Positions 1 to 12,992 of a DNA stretch of 64,000 nt are shown piece by piece. The first letter of the stretch is position 1; each line of letters opens with the position of its first letter. The stretch is from positions 1,393,059 through 1,457,058 of the forward strand of contig NMRA01000035.1 of NCBI GenBank assembly GCA_002633005.1, read 5' to 3'. Source of the stretch: Phoronis australis (taxonomy: Eukaryota; Animalia; Phoronida). The notes beneath the pieces are model-generated. The model was not told the DNA's origin. It ran no database searches and saw only the letters and a program-made list of their open reading frames with translations. The position numbers and the translations under genes are program-made.

Positions 1-194
1 GCTTGGGGGGGTACACTGATGCAATGTACTTGCGGGGGGAGGGTACACTGCTGCAATGTACTTGCGCCTTTTTATTTTTCTATGCACTAATGGCGCAAAG
101 GTGCAGTTCAGGAATATCCCTGCTATATCATTGAGATTTTAAAGTCTGTACAAGCAGGTCTTCACTATAGTTTCTCTTTCAAAAGGTTTCAAAA
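1..194. repeat. Contig-overlap duplicate of 2027..2220, ending at a single N (195)
   Basis: apparently identical sequence abutting an N. Confidence 0.85.
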
Positions 195-206
195 NAACAA
201 TTAAAA

Positions 207-628
207 CCGTGAGGAACTGTTCTTTCTCCCAATACCATTTGCGATGTTCTGCTCTACCGAGTTCGCTACAAATTCGCTGTCAAAGCACAAAAATCTTCCC
301 AAAAAGTCACTGCATACTATCAATGTGCTTCACACAATCGGATCAAGGTCAAATAGGGTATGGAATAATCCAGTGAGTTACGAATGGACGGCAATTGCCA
401 GTTCTGATCACGGAAGGTCACGAAATGGTCTGGCTAAGTGCTTGCTAAGTGTGGAGTTATTACTGTTGTGACCTTCCGTGACAAACCAGCAGTTTCCGTA
501 TAGCATATTGACAGTACGTAGCAACTTTTTGGGGAGAATTTTTTCCTTTGACTTCGAATTTATTGAGGACTTGGTGGAGCAGGACACCTTAAATGGTATT
601 GGGAGAAAGAACGGTCAATTCCTCATGG
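207..628. mobile_element. MITE/foldback-like element with long degenerate inverted arms
   Basis: ccgtgaggaactgttctttctcccaataccattt is mirrored by aaatggtattgggagaaagaacggtcaattcctcatgg; pairing continues for about 130 bp; nested inverted repeat at 408-482. Confidence 0.6.
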
Positions 629-1671
629 GTTGATGAATCCCTGTTTTGTGTAAATTTATTGAGTTTTGTGTGTGCTATGGACGACTGAAGTGAAGCACCC
701 ATGGAATTTCTAGTCCGGAATGTCATACCTTGTAGTATTCTATATAGTGTATTGGGGGATGGTCAGAAGCTGAGGACACCTGTGATTTGATTGTGCATGG
801 CTTGGACCGGCGAGACCTTTACCTTATTTCGATCTTTTTAAACACACTTCTAGGATACACCATGACTCATGGAGTACAGTGTCAGCCCTTCGTTATAGTG
901 CATACTAGAACTGTGTTCTAAAAGGAAGTAAGCTCCCACATTCTTATATTGATACTGATTGATCTTGTCCTTGGGCTTGGCTTGAGTAATTGAGTTAAGT
1001 TAGACAGTGACCACTGTCTCTAGCTGGCCAGTAGAGACAGTGAAGCTCCTATATCCTGGAAACTTTTTGGTGAATTATGCCTCAGATTAATTAAAACTTC
1101 AAAGTCACATTGTTATCAGTACCTTTTGCACATAGAGAGCGACACCTAAGGAGGCCGTAGATGTCATTAATTCCCTCCAACTTGAACAAATAATCATGTT
1201 ATCAACGTTTTTCTTCAAGCAGTTCTTCGTTCAGTTCCCAAAATCGGAAACTGGGCATTTTTAACACTGCGCAGTAGGTGGTATGACGTCATATCCACTG
1301 GTGTGTGCCACTGATCTAGATTGTTCTTGTGTAATAGAGCAGGTGACGGCTTCATAGCAATTAAACACTAGCTGACAAACTTTGAAGCATGTTAGATTAT
1401 AACTGGCATGGGCGAGTTGTGATGCTGGGCAAACGACTTCGGAGATACTCAACAATGGACTAAATTGATGTTTGGAGTTGACATACAGAGCAGTAATACC
1501 AGTGGTAGAGTGGTTGAGCCTAGCTTGTCTTTAACATATGAGCAGTTGATTCCTTTTGCCAAGCTCCACTTGATTCAAATGGCCATGACTACCAGATTGC
1601 AACTGTGACATCTTAAGTTGCTTGAGATCACTGAATTGCTGTCAGCTTCGTGTGTGCATACTTTGTTGTAG

Positions 1672-1764
1672 ACCTAGTAACAAAGAATCAAATGACGGCT
1701 CATCAGATGGCTCATTGTTGACTGAACTTCTACAAAAGGATCTCACTCTCAATGGAGACTTCAG
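1672..1764 (+). CDS. C17orf75: C17orf75 exon (PSNKESNDGSSDGSLLTELLQKDLTLNGDFS)
   Basis: ttgttgtAG acceptor, AG|GTAACA donor, phase 2/2. Confidence 0.75.
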
Positions 1765-4700
1765 GTAACATTATCCTATGGATACATGCCATTACAGGAA
1801 TGTTCCTGACCAGGTTTGAACCTGTGCCCTTTGGGCGCACCTGATGATAAAAAGTGTCTTTTTTCAGAAAGTTCTGCCCACTAAGCTTAGTGTAATTAAA
1901 GTGGTAACATGTGAAATAGAAACCCCAAGGGCAATCAAAATAAGAGCAGAGTCATGTTTTACCCGGCGGGCTGTGAGTTGACTAGAGTCTTGCATTTTTG
2001 GAAGAGTGTTGCGTTTTAAAAGATGCGCTTGGGGGGGTACACTGATGCAATGTACTTGCGGGGGGAGGGTACACTGCTGCAATGTACTTGCGCCTTTTTA
2101 TTTTTCTATGCACTAATGGCGCAAAGGTGCAGTTCAGGAATATCCCTGCTATATCATTGAGATTTTAAAGTCTGTACAAGCAGGTCTTCACTATAGTTTC
2201 TCTTTCAAAAGGTTTCAAAATAAATTTTAACTCTTATCTTTCTCCATAAATTCTTAAAAAGAAAGCCCCCTTAAAAGTAAACATGTAATATTCTGAGTCG
2301 TTGAGATTGTTTATTTCATGTTGTGGACTAGTACTATTCATCAAAACCACATTACATTATCCTAATAATCGTGTGGATGTTTTGTATGTTGACTATTATT
2401 TCGGGATGTGTTTTTGTTTCAACTTGTTTTCATTTGGTATCGGTCAGAAGAAATCAAGGAAGTCAGATGAGCACATTTGTTTCTCTATGGTTGTACCATG
2501 ACTGGAAATGTGTTCCTGGGTCTTATCTTTGGCTTACTTGACCATCTCAAACCTATCTTAGTTGAAAGTGGTTGTTATCTGGCAAAAAGAGCAAAATACT
2601 GAGAATTTCTGATTGTAAAACTCAAGATGTATATGTGGATAATGGCATATTTTTTACCTCTTTAGCACCCTATATATAATCCCAGGTATTGTGTAGCCAG
2701 TGTCCTACTGCATTAATTCCTAAATTTCGACCATGGGTAGTTTTGGTGTCTTGCTCATAGCTCTTGAATTTGGGATGATTGATATTGCCTATTTGTAAAA
2801 ATGGTATAAGCAATGACCTTTAGCAAATAAATTTTTCATTGTCCAAAACTAGAAAACTTATACCATATGTCCCGCTTTTCATTGTTTTTGTTTTGCGTGC
2901 TCTCTGGCACAATTCATTTTGGGGTAACCCTGCATGCTCTAGAAGTTTTTGTTTGTGGGACAGAAAGGAGGTTCATGGGCCTATGCTTTGAAAAATTCCC
3001 GATTAACCCCATGACCTATATTTGATTGGGGTCCTATTTGCACAAAACCTTGTTATTTCTTTGGCTCTCATTGATGGTGTTCAATAATCGTGCTCATCTA
3101 TTGAGTTCTAATTTCCAGTTTATCATCAATGCTAACCAGTTTGTCACCAGAGTCAGAGGCTGAACTACGCAAGTTCATGGGTAAACGATTGTCTCGTGGG
3201 TCGTTATACAGCGGCACAGGCTCCATTGCTGTGATTGATTTTGGGTATGCACTGAAGCAGAGGCAGCATTTTGATTAGAAACTGGTCAGTAGAGTGCAGG
3301 CAATTTGAGAAAGAAGATGTGAAAGGGGGACGGAAGGCACGACGTCACGGTTCTATCATCGTGGTTCTAACTATTGCCATTTGTCTGCACGAAATTAAAT
3401 TTAAGGTTTAAGATTGCAACTTGAAAATCGGCAATAAAACTCTGTTTTAGATAACGCATGGTTATTATGCTAATCTGCATGGTTCACAGATGCTGTGGAA
3501 TGAACTTCAAATTTTAAAAAGTTACTTTTGTTGAATTTTGTTAGTTTGAACTACATGAGGTTTGTCACAGGCCTACAAAATCTGGACTTTGGACCAAAAG
3601 AGAAGAATTTTAGTTTTTGGGAGAACCGGTTACAAATGTGTTGTTTGTCTTCAGTTTGGAGCAATTGATTTGGGTGTGATGTAATCCCTTTCAGTCCAGA
3701 GTTAAAATGTCTGACGGAGATTATGACCGTGACACTTACAAAAAGAGGTACCTGAACACCATTTTACAAGTTTTGTCAAGCGATCAATTTTTCAGCGTTT
3801 CCAACATCACATCATTTTCATTAAAACTGCGCCCAGATGATGTCAGAATTGCAGACTTCATGTTAAAGAAGCTTCACTGAGACAAATCTTGCCTCCGAAG
3901 CAACTTATGAACAGCACTTGGTCAAATGCATAATCTTGTAAAATAAGGAGATTGCTCCACTCTGTATTTACAGATGAAACCATTGGTTTTCAATCCCCAA
4001 TTTTTGGAGCAAATATCCCTCTGACAAAAGTCATTTTTGATACCACAATTGTGGTTTTATATCCACGTTAAAGGGGAAAGCAATCATTTTTCATGTTATC
4101 TTTAAATTGCTAAAAATACAAAGCGCTAGTTATCTTAGAGGGACATTTTCCGCATTAAATGCTGTTCTTTTGGTGTGTTTTTACAATCCATTCAACAATC
4201 AACAATAGAGCGTGACGCAAACGACTCAGCAAGAGGTCCACATCCTGCCTCTGCATTCGCTGCTGTTGAGCAAGCGCAATGTCCGATTCATAATTGTACA
4301 CAGTGCTGTCCGTCATTCGTGTTTGTGCGCTCTATGAATGTGAATTGAATGCTGAACCAAGATGCGGGACTTTACTAGCTGTGAAAGTGTCACTTTTTGT
4401 TGTTGCATGGAGAGCATCAAGGCACCAGATGAAGAAAAATGTGTGTGCAAGATTAGGGATCATTTTGTAATTTTAGTGCAGGTGAACAGAAAACATGAGG
4501 TTACTTAACTTTGTAGTTATCTTTGGTGCTTGGTAGGGTCATTAACAGAGTATTTCCATTTCAGACTTTCAGCAGATTCAGAGAGTCCATCTGCCTGTTA
4601 CTATTGTCTGCTACGACCGGTGGATCTGGAAGGTGAAACTCAGAGCGAGGCAGGCGTCTGCTCCAAAGATTATGTTGTCTGCTTCATCACGCATGCTGAA

Positions 4701-7700
4701 GACGGTGCTTTAGATTTATATCCTTTTTAGGTTTGTGTAAATAAACGTGGCAGTGAGTTTCCTGCTAAGCACATGTTATGCTCTGTAGCGTTGTAAAGCC
4801 AGCTTCATGACTGTTGTAGACTAATGGCTTTTTCAGTCTCTAAGTATGTAAATAGACATGTCATAATATTATGAAACCTCCAGTTTGTTTTCGCTAAATT
4901 CATTTGACAGGTAAGTGGTGATAAATGTACATGAGGGTTATCTTTTCACAGTGTCGGAACATATCTTACAAGAAGTGCTTTTGCTCTGTCAGAAACCACA
5001 GAATGGTGTGATTGGTTGAAAACATTTATTGTAAGGTGCGTGTATATGGCGTTTACTTGCGGTCTGGTCAGATGGCGAATCAACCGTCTGAAAAACATTC
5101 ACGGACAAGGAGCCTGAAGTAATTTATGATTAGGTTCTGTTCACCCATGGTGATTGCATGTGACTAGCGTTATTATACTCGACATTGTTATTATGTTCAA
5201 TATGAAATACTTGTAATATCAAGGAGACAGAGTATGCCAAGCCGATGATCTTTGATGACGATGTCGTCTGGAAAGAATAAGTCAGCCGTGATAACTTTGT
5301 CAAATATTTGTTCTTTTTTATGAATAATTTTTCATTTGACATGACTTGATTGCGTTGGTTGAAGCTCGAAAATTGCTTCCTCATTTATATTATACAGTAG
5401 TAGCAGATTGATCAGTATAGTGTATCGTAGATTTTTTTTAGAAAAGTTATATCTTGAACTCTTGTGATACGATTATTCAGTTTTTGCTGAAACAGGTAAT
5501 TTACTTATTGATTGTATCATTTTGGTCAAAATGGCATAATGTTGTGTACTTTTTATTACATTTTGTGTTGTTATTCGACTCTCTGGTAATCCTGCCTTTA
5601 ATGTATTCAGTTGATTCATTTTAACATGCCTATTATGATCGTAAATTTCCTCATGGTGGTATACCCATTGGCTGTAGGCACAAGTGCAGTTTGCGTGCTG
5701 TTTAACCTTATAGTTATATTCCTTAACACAGTGAACATTTAGAGCTGAGCTAGACCAGTATAGTGAAAATCTGTTGGAAATGCTCAGTTCTGAGGTAAGT
5801 GAATCCGACCTGCGAAATCACTTGCAGTTAATCAGCAATTGTTTTGGAGCAATTGCCTGATTCAGGCTATTTTGTTGCTGATTTCAATACAGAGACTCTT
5901 GTTCTATTTTACCTTGTAATGTAAAATTATCGTCGGAAGTAATGAAAATTTTCTTGATTTCATATACTGTCAATCTCCGTAAATTGTGAGACTATATTGC
6001 TGTTTTTGTTTTTTTTAAGCGTAAACCTGAAGGAGTATTTTTGGATGTAGCCAGTGATTGCGTGAGTTGTATGTTGAATGTATGTCCATTTTCCTCAACA
6101 TCTAAAACCCTTTTTTTTGTTTATACCTAGTCTAGAAGTATTGTGGTCTGCTGAGGTTGTTATCAGGCTATCATTAACACTGCTGTTGACTTAAGCCAGC
6201 CGCACACGTCGCAACAACTGCGATACCTCCAATGTATGTGTCACAGTGGCTGCACAGCGTGGCTTGACTGCACTCGTTGCTGTCCTCGACAAAACTCGAA
6301 CTGGAAAAAAACTTCACGTGATGAGCTGATTTGTCACTTGATGAATTATGCTCCAAAATTGAGTAATGCACAACTGTGTGATGTGTGAGCAATCGATCGA
6401 ACACTCTACACCCTGTGTGCTGCAAAAATTATCCAACACATTGGTAATCGGTCTCAACAGGATCACAGTAGTTGCGGCCTATGTAGCACTAACTTAGACC
6501 CTGAACACAATGCGACATCCGTTGCGCGCATATGTCACGTGACTGTTGCTGCGCGTGTGTAGTTCCCTTTGTATAAAAGATCCAACAATCGCTGAATATT
6601 CATGAATGAGAAATCGTATTTTACTCATCGCATGCAGGCCTGTATGACTGACAGTTTTGTAGAGAAAGCAATTTAAATGACTGTCGTATGCTCACTAACA
6701 GTAAAATCTCACCACTTTATGAGACAATATGGCTGACAAGTGAAAATTTATTTAAACAGTTTTCCATGAATTGTGTGTAGAACCAAATTAAAGGATTTCC
6801 ATGTTGAAGTTTTGTACCACATCTAGTGTCAGACAACATTTTGAAACATGAGACTGTTCCCAACAGTGTTAGAAGTGCTTGAAAAAGGGTATTATTAGTT
6901 TAAATGAGACAGTTCTGTGTTTGTGTGAATGCTATATATTGTCATTGTTAATTATGTTCACCGCTACAGATTGTCGCCATTGTACGTAGCATTTTGTTCT
7001 AAGGCTTTCACTGCCCGTCGTGTTAGCGTTCATTTCGTTTGTTCTGTATTTAGGTGCCGGAAATAAAGACTGAGGATTACCTGAGCAATTGGTATACACA
7101 CTGTGTTGAATATGTTAGCCGGTGCGTAACAACAGTGGGGACTGACCTCTGCTATCTAATTAACATCGTAAGTAGAAAGGCAGGGCTTGGAATTTTCCAC
7201 TTTTAAGAGGATTTACCCTTTTTTAGTTTTGATTTCCTGTTATTTGATTTCCAGTTTCTTCTTTTTCGTCTCTTGTTTTATCATAATTTTGACTTTATTT
7301 GTTCAAAAAATGTTTCTTGCAGTAAAATTTTACAACAAAAAGATTTCTGTCACATAAGCCTATTTATTTGTAGACCGATACATCACCTGGAAATTTTTCC
7401 TCTTTTCCCTCTTTTTTGTCATGGTTCATTCCAAGCCCTGGAAACAATTCCATGGGTTTGCCAAATAGTAAAATTAGTACACAATTATTTTTCTGGTGAC
7501 ACAGTTTCCTTCATTTTAGACAGCAGTGATAAGTAATGACCAAATATTTCATGTGTTCTTAGAAAAAGAATCAGTTTATGAAATTATGATGTTTCCACGG
7601 TGTCTGTCACTTTCTGTGTTCTTCAGTGCCGGGTTGAATGAAACAGTCCCAAATAGGGATTTAACTAAGTTCCCAAATCTTTTATCTATTTGTACCTTTC

Positions 7701-10700
7701 CTTACTGACGGATGTCAATTCAGCTTTATTATGAGCTCCTGTTTAACCAATTGACATTTTCTAACAAAATAACTAAAAATTGAGCCCTGAATTCAATGAA
7801 AATAAATAGGGACTTAGTCCCTAAATTAGGGGCATTGCATGAAAAGATCCCTATATTTATTTTTGATAATATTGGGACTTCAACATCTATTTGACTCTCG
7901 ATTTGTATCAAAGCCAAAGGGTGACTTAGTAATGAAACTAAAACAGCATAATGAACGACAGTCGGTGTTTTCACAAGTCCACAAATACGCAGTAGATTTA
8001 GGGAACTTGGTTGAGTCCCAATTTGGGACTGTTTCATGCAACCGAGCACTGATGTCTAATCGATACTAAGTGTAAGTTATTAATTCTCATTTTAAAAGTA
8101 TTTAACACTACCACAAATGCGCAAATATGTTGTAATTTCTTAACTTTGTTTACCAAGAGAAATGGCTACTGCGTTAATTCGTCATAAGATACATTTTAGG
8201 AAACTTTGACCATGGAAGCTAACAGTAAAACTAACATGAGTGGGCTGTGCTGAGAGATTTCATTTGAATCTTGTGAAATCAGACTCAAGAGAGCCGTTCC
8301 AGATTACATGGCAGTAGCACTCTCCTTAGTCTCAGAGATAAGGAAGTGCGTAACCTCGTTTTGGTAGTCAGGCACATTTTCGTGTCTCTCATTGATGTCG
8401 GGAAGGCAAAGAATTTCAGATCACGCATCCACAGGTATTTGTCCAGTTTATCAAACTTTCTCACGTCAGAGTTGCAGCTCACAGCACAGCAGTGTAATAC
8501 TTGATTGGCTTTGGAAGGACAAATGGAGTAATGCAACAGAGAAAAACCTGTAAAGAATCAAAACAACACTGTAATAACAGGTGAAACTCCAATGGCACGA
8601 AAACGAAGTAGCAAATGTGCCTGACGGATGTTTACAGCATTGCGGGTAAATATAGCGAGATTCAAATGTCGCTGTGTAATTCGGGACGGCCCTATTGAAG
8701 GACAGAGTGCTCGAACTTGAACAACTGTGAAGTTCCATTTTCTACACACCTTGTGTGCCGGTTTTACTGTTAGTAAAAGCTCTCTTTCCTAGGGTTATAT
8801 GAGACAATTTTGAATTTCACTGAAGCTGTAATTGAATAATTGGTACCTTATTCACATATCATTTCTGTTTTCTTAGGCAATGAATAACTGGGATGTGAAA
8901 GTGGAAGGTGGAGGTGATCTATTGCAGGCAGATATCAAAAAGTAAGCACCCTGCTGTCGTGGCGATAAAAAAAACACGTGAATCGTTACTTTTTATTGGA
9001 TGCAGTTAAGCAGTCGAGAGAGGAGTGCAACAGGCAATAAATCTTTGTCTTTAAGAAACCACAGAACAGTTATGATTTAGGTAATTGGGGTACAGCTTGC
9101 CCGGTGAGTCATGCAGTGCTAAAGACTGTTCAAATATGTGTCATAAGCATTTACTCTTGTTCATCTTTCACGAGGATTCCATTTCGCAACTCAGATTTAT
9201 ACAGCTGCCCATGGGCAATTCAAGCACACCACTGTAGCAGACCTTTTTTGGTTGTCTGTAAGTTGACTCGTCAAACAGGTTGTTTTTGAATATGAAAGAG
9301 GGCAAAAAGTGCGATACTTAATGCAGTTACGATAAACCCACCTTTCAATCAGAAAACTAACTTTTGATCTAAGCCACTGTTATTAGTTTCTCATTCTTTA
9401 CACAGATTAGAGATAATTCCTTGATGTGGAATCTGATTTATTGCAGTTTGAAATTTGTGATTTTGACGTATCGTAAGTATACACTGTATATGACTTTGAT
9501 GGTGTTTTCTTAATATACAGATTTGTGGATTGCTGCAGTTTGTCAGAAATTCTCAAGAATACGCAAACACCGATGGAAAAAGTTGTGGACGACTTGCTAC
9601 TTGTAGACTTCAGCACAGAAGTTGAACCATCAGAAGCAGATAAATATACAGTAACCATGACGATAGTAAAAGATGGTTTTCAGTTTTCTAACAAAGGTTT
9701 GTGCATTTTTTAGTGCAGTGTGTACTTATACAAAAATTCAATGTGTTACCGTTTCAGTTAATCATTTGTTGTGTGCAGGAAGTTTTCTCTAGGCACACTC
9801 GCTTCGTTTATTTGGAAAATATTAGCAAATTGACCAAAAGTCAAATCCAAATGTATGCCGGAGCATTTATTTTAATTAGGAGTTATGTGACATTACTGTA
9901 GTTGGCGTGCAAAATGAAATCCAGAGAGTGACAGCACAGCACCTCAATGTATGATTGTTCCTACAGGTAGAAGTTAGTTTATTGATAAAAAATTACTGTT
10001 AATTAATACGGTTTTGGTGTCCATTTTCTATGAAAGTTAGGTTTCGAGTTTTCAAGCATGCATATTTTTCCCCCACAAAATACCCTGGATACTGTTACTT
10101 ATTTACACTCGCTGGACGTACTTGAAGATGAACCTTAGTGCAGAAAATCCTCTTGGTAATATTACAGCTATTACTAATTGTACTTTTTTGTTTTTCAAGG
10201 TTTCTTAACATTGTTGCATATGTCCACTTTTTTTCAAAATATATATTGTCTGATGCTAGCTATGGTACAGGTCATGAACACGGAAAATCTCTGATTTGAT
10301 GCAGCTATCTAAATATCAGCCTTGTGTCCTAAATTGACATATTACAACTATCATAAGATCTCATTAACTTTTGGTTTGGTGGCCTTCAATCCTGGTGAAG
10401 ATACATATATCGTCACAGAATATCGGTCCTCTGTCTTGCTTTAACTTTACATGGAATTTCTGGTAGTTTGCCCTCGCGAAAGTGCACCCGTAGATGCTTT
10501 TTCAAAAGTTTTTCGGCATGGGTCCTTAAGGTTAGGTTGGATCCTAGAAAAATTCGAAATGTGGAATACTTCACCAAGTCTTCTCAGAAATGACTTTTTG
10601 GGTTCATCTGAAATTTTCAGAATCCGATACTTTGCTTCATGACAGGTAACTCCTGTTTAGTCCGTATTCCTGTCCAGTGAATGGCTTGGTTTCTTAATGT

Positions 10701-12992
10701 TATTCTCAGTTCTCCAAAACACTGTTGGGAATTGTTTTTAAATTGTTGCTCTTGCATGAGAGGCTATCAAAAATACGGCTTTCATGTTACAAAAACGCTC
10801 AGTATTTGCATTAAACGGAAACGGTGTGATATTTTAGATAACTGCGTTTTTCATGTAGAATGTTCATCAAATGAAATGTGGTCAGGATGTTAGTAAATTT
10901 TGCGTTGCTACGGATGTGCCCGGTTATTTTTTGCTAAATTTTACTGAAAGGACATGTTCACGTGACCCAGTGAATAACAGGCTGGTGTGAAATGAAATAT
11001 CAAAGTCTGCAGGGTGTCTGCATTGACTTGAATTCTTTAGTTTTGTAGATTTTTGGCTAAATATACTTGTCAACAAGGTCCTACATGACATTTAGTTTAT
11101 GTTTGTGTTCAACAATCTGCCAAGAAATGGCTTGCTCTTTCTTTATAAATGAATTGACAACTTTCTCTGTCGCATTTAATATGACTTGGTAACAAGCATA
11201 TATAGATCAAATAACTTTATTAAGTAACATCTTTCTTTGTTCTGGGTATATATATGATGCCTCATGCTTTCTTAGATCTTGGTTTATTTGTATATGAAGA
11301 ATAAGAAATTTACTTGTTGTAAAACTGTACAGTGAATTAACGAATTGAAATGCATGCCTTTACATGTATAATCAGATTGTTTTATAGGACTCTTATCGTG
11401 TAAGTCGTCAAGCTGGTGAACGAGCTACTGTTCTCAACCTTAATGCTGTTTGATGAAAAAGGGTCATCCTTTTTTCCAGTTCCTTAGCACTTCATAGTGA
11501 GTGCCTAGTCTTTGTTAGGATCAAAAATACTGTTTGCCCAAATACAGGACGTTAGATACTGTGGTAAAATCTCCGACCAAGTTTTTTCACAAGAAGTTAG
11601 TGGCATCAAATAAATGCTTTAACACTTTTGAGTTGAGTACATTATCTACCATCAGTACATTATCTACCATCAGACAATGTGATGAGAAAACGTGGGCTTT
11701 TGCAGGAATGTCAGAGGCTTTCGAAAAACATAGAATAATTTTTGGCTTTTATTTGTGTCCGTCCGAAATGGATACTATTTTACAGTAATTTCTCTTCCAA
11801 TCAGGTTCGTTGAATTTCCTGTAGTGGAGCTTAATGTGCCGTGTTTTCTTGATTATCCAGAGTGCACCACGTTCTGCAAGTCATGGTCAGAAGCTTTGTG
11901 TAAGGCTAACACTCAAAGTTCTGTACAGTTACGTCAAATTGTGGAGAACTACAGACAGCAGCAGATCAATTACATGAACGAGTTGAACCGACTCATCCGA
12001 CAGGCGGAGAAAGACTTCTATGCACTCTATAGGTGTGGCATTTTGTCATTAAGTGAAGTTTTGCCTGGCTAACGGTGATGCAGCCTGCAGCTGTTGTGTA
12101 GTTCAGTTGCAGATGCAGACAAAAGGAAGCCGCAATCATCCAGTTGTTGTCGGATGTCAACTAAACTTGTTTAGTCATTTAGGTCTGGATGCAGCTACGG
12201 TTTTATGTGTTATAAGCCTGGGTTCCATCAGAGAAACTAGCTTTTGATGCATAACATTTAGGGGTATTCATCTCATCTAACTCGGATGAGAAGTCATGGT
12301 TTCTGGTTTGGAAAAATAACAAAAGTTCGAGTTAGGGCAAAATTGATCCCACACAATTCTCTGATCTATGTCCAGTAAGTACAGCTATGTTCTGGGGATC
12401 ATCGCTGCGTGATTAGGTCATCGTATGCTGTAAGTGCATCCATTTATAGAACTATTTGTTTCACACATTATCTATGAATCAATGCAACGGAAGTCTAATT
12501 TTTTTATTACATATTTTATTTCATAAGTCTTTCCATGTTTGTTTCATATTCATTATTGATCGTTTAAATCTTGTCTTTCATTTTGTAATTCCGTTTGTTT
12601 GTCTTACTGTCTTTGTATGTTTTTACTGAGGGCCCCCAAGGAAAGCAGCGGAAACCGATGGGGCTATCATCTTTGTAAATATTAAATTGATAAATAAATA
12701 AATAAATAGCAGTGGACATGTTAAAATAACATTGACTTCCTGTTTAGCCTGTAATTACTGTTTCATTAAGGCTTCATTCACTGCATAGCACCAGGATGGT
12801 TATCTCTTTGTGATTGCACCCAATGCATTTCCTGTTTGTCGTCGTAGGGCGTATACATTCCTAAAGACTTGTGGAAATGGTGTGATACTGCTGCGCCATG
12901 CCAAACTGGATCACACCACAATGTCTGCGGATGCTAAAGAGGTTCTGAAGGTGCTGGAAGAATATATTGAGGAAACTGAGGCTCTCAGTTAG
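1672..12992 (+). CDS. C17orf75: Protein Njmu-R1 / C17orf75 orthologue (WDR11-FAM91A1-C17orf75 complex subunit), 5'-partial, 9 exons
   Basis: Exons 1672-1764, 3119-3244, 4565-4717, 5737-5794, 7054-7167, 8877-8941, 9521-9696, 11861-12032, 12848-12992 join in frame (1102 nt = 1+367 codons). Peptides DFSLSSMLTSLSPESEAELRKFMGKRLSRG, CYYCLL..DYVVCF..LDLFRAELDQY, LRQIVENY..LNRLIRQAEKDFYALYRAYTFLKTCGNGVILL match human C17orf75 as recalled (DFSLSLADTNLPSEVEPELRSFIAKRLSRG, CYYCLF..EYVVCF..LELFRLELDKY). Confidence 0.9.
1795..2148. mobile_element. hAT-like MITE
   Basis: TIR caggaatgttcctgacc / gttcaggaatatccctg; internal ~30-bp tandem duplication; no intact TSD. Confidence 0.5.
3119..3244 (+). CDS. C17orf75: C17orf75 exon (LSSMLTSLSPESEAELRKFMGKRLSRGSLYSGTGSIAVIDFG)
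   Basis: tttccAG / GG|GTATGC; conserved KRLSRG motif. Confidence 0.88.
4565..4717 (+). CDS. C17orf75: C17orf75 exon (LSADSESPSACYYCLL...DYVVCFITHAEDGALDL), ends at AT-AC donor
   Basis: tttcAG acceptor; followed by ATATCCTTT. Confidence 0.9.
4718..5736 (+). other. U12-type (minor spliceosome) AT-AC intron, 1019 nt
   Basis: 5' site ATATCCTTT (4718-4726), branch site TTCCTTAAC (5719-5727), terminal AC (5735-5736); splicing restores LDL|FRAELDQY in frame. Confidence 0.93.
5737..5794 (+). CDS. C17orf75: C17orf75 exon (FRAELDQYSENLLEMLSSE)
   Basis: AC acceptor, GAG|GTAAGT donor; matches human FRLELDKY. Confidence 0.88.
7054..7167 (+). CDS. C17orf75: C17orf75 exon (VPEIKTEDYLSNWYTHCVEYVSRCVTTVGTDLCYLINI)
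   Basis: tttAG / ATC|GTAAGT, phase 0/0; YLSxW motif. Confidence 0.85.
7181..7440. mobile_element. hAT-like MITE (family shared with 39897..40404)
   Basis: perfect 13-bp TIR CAGGGCTTGGAAT. Confidence 0.7.
7627..8048. mobile_element. Harbinger-like MITE (family shared with 51641..52089)
   Basis: about 55-bp TIRs (tgccgggttgaatgaaacagtcccaaataggg...), CAG/CTG flanks, second copy in window. Confidence 0.75.
8197..8791 (-). mobile_element. Non-autonomous DNA transposon remnant carrying a THAP-like zinc-finger fragment
   Basis: minus ORF 8285..8536 has HCCAVSCNS...LKFFAFP; ends share inverted taggaaa...ctaacagtaaaac. Confidence 0.4.
8877..8941 (+). CDS. C17orf75: C17orf75 exon (AMNNWDVKVEGGGDLLQADIK)
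   Basis: long polypyrimidine + AG, AA|GTAAGC, phase 0/2. Confidence 0.82.
9521..9696 (+). CDS. C17orf75: C17orf75 exon (FVDCCSLSEILKN...GFQFSNK)
   Basis: tacAG / AAG|GTTTGT, phase 2/1; overlaps ORF 9525..9713. Confidence 0.82.
11861..12032 (+). CDS. C17orf75: C17orf75 exon (CTTFCKSWSEAL...RQAEKDFYALY)
   Basis: tccAG / AG|GTGTGG, phase 1/2; strong similarity to human FCEDW..RQAEMNHYALF. Confidence 0.88.
12480..12708 (+). mobile_element. Probable non-LTR retrotransposon 3' end
   Basis: T-rich UTR-like stretch, GC-rich stem-loop (gggcccccaagg...gatggggct) and (TAAA)n tail; 5' limit approximate. Confidence 0.4.
12848..12992 (+). CDS. C17orf75: C17orf75 terminal exon (AYTFLKTCGNGVILL...VLEEYIEETEALS*)
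   Basis: gtcgtAG acceptor, TAG stop; matches human YMFLKNCGSGDILL...VLEEFM. Confidence 0.88.

Noticed and set aside
1284-1291. CRE palindrome TGACGTCA as C17orf75 promoter
   Set aside because: No recognisable first coding exon nearby; a single 8-mer is expected by chance
3181-3186. GTAAAC donor after ...RKFM
   Set aside because: Conserved KRLSRG continues in frame to the donor at 3245
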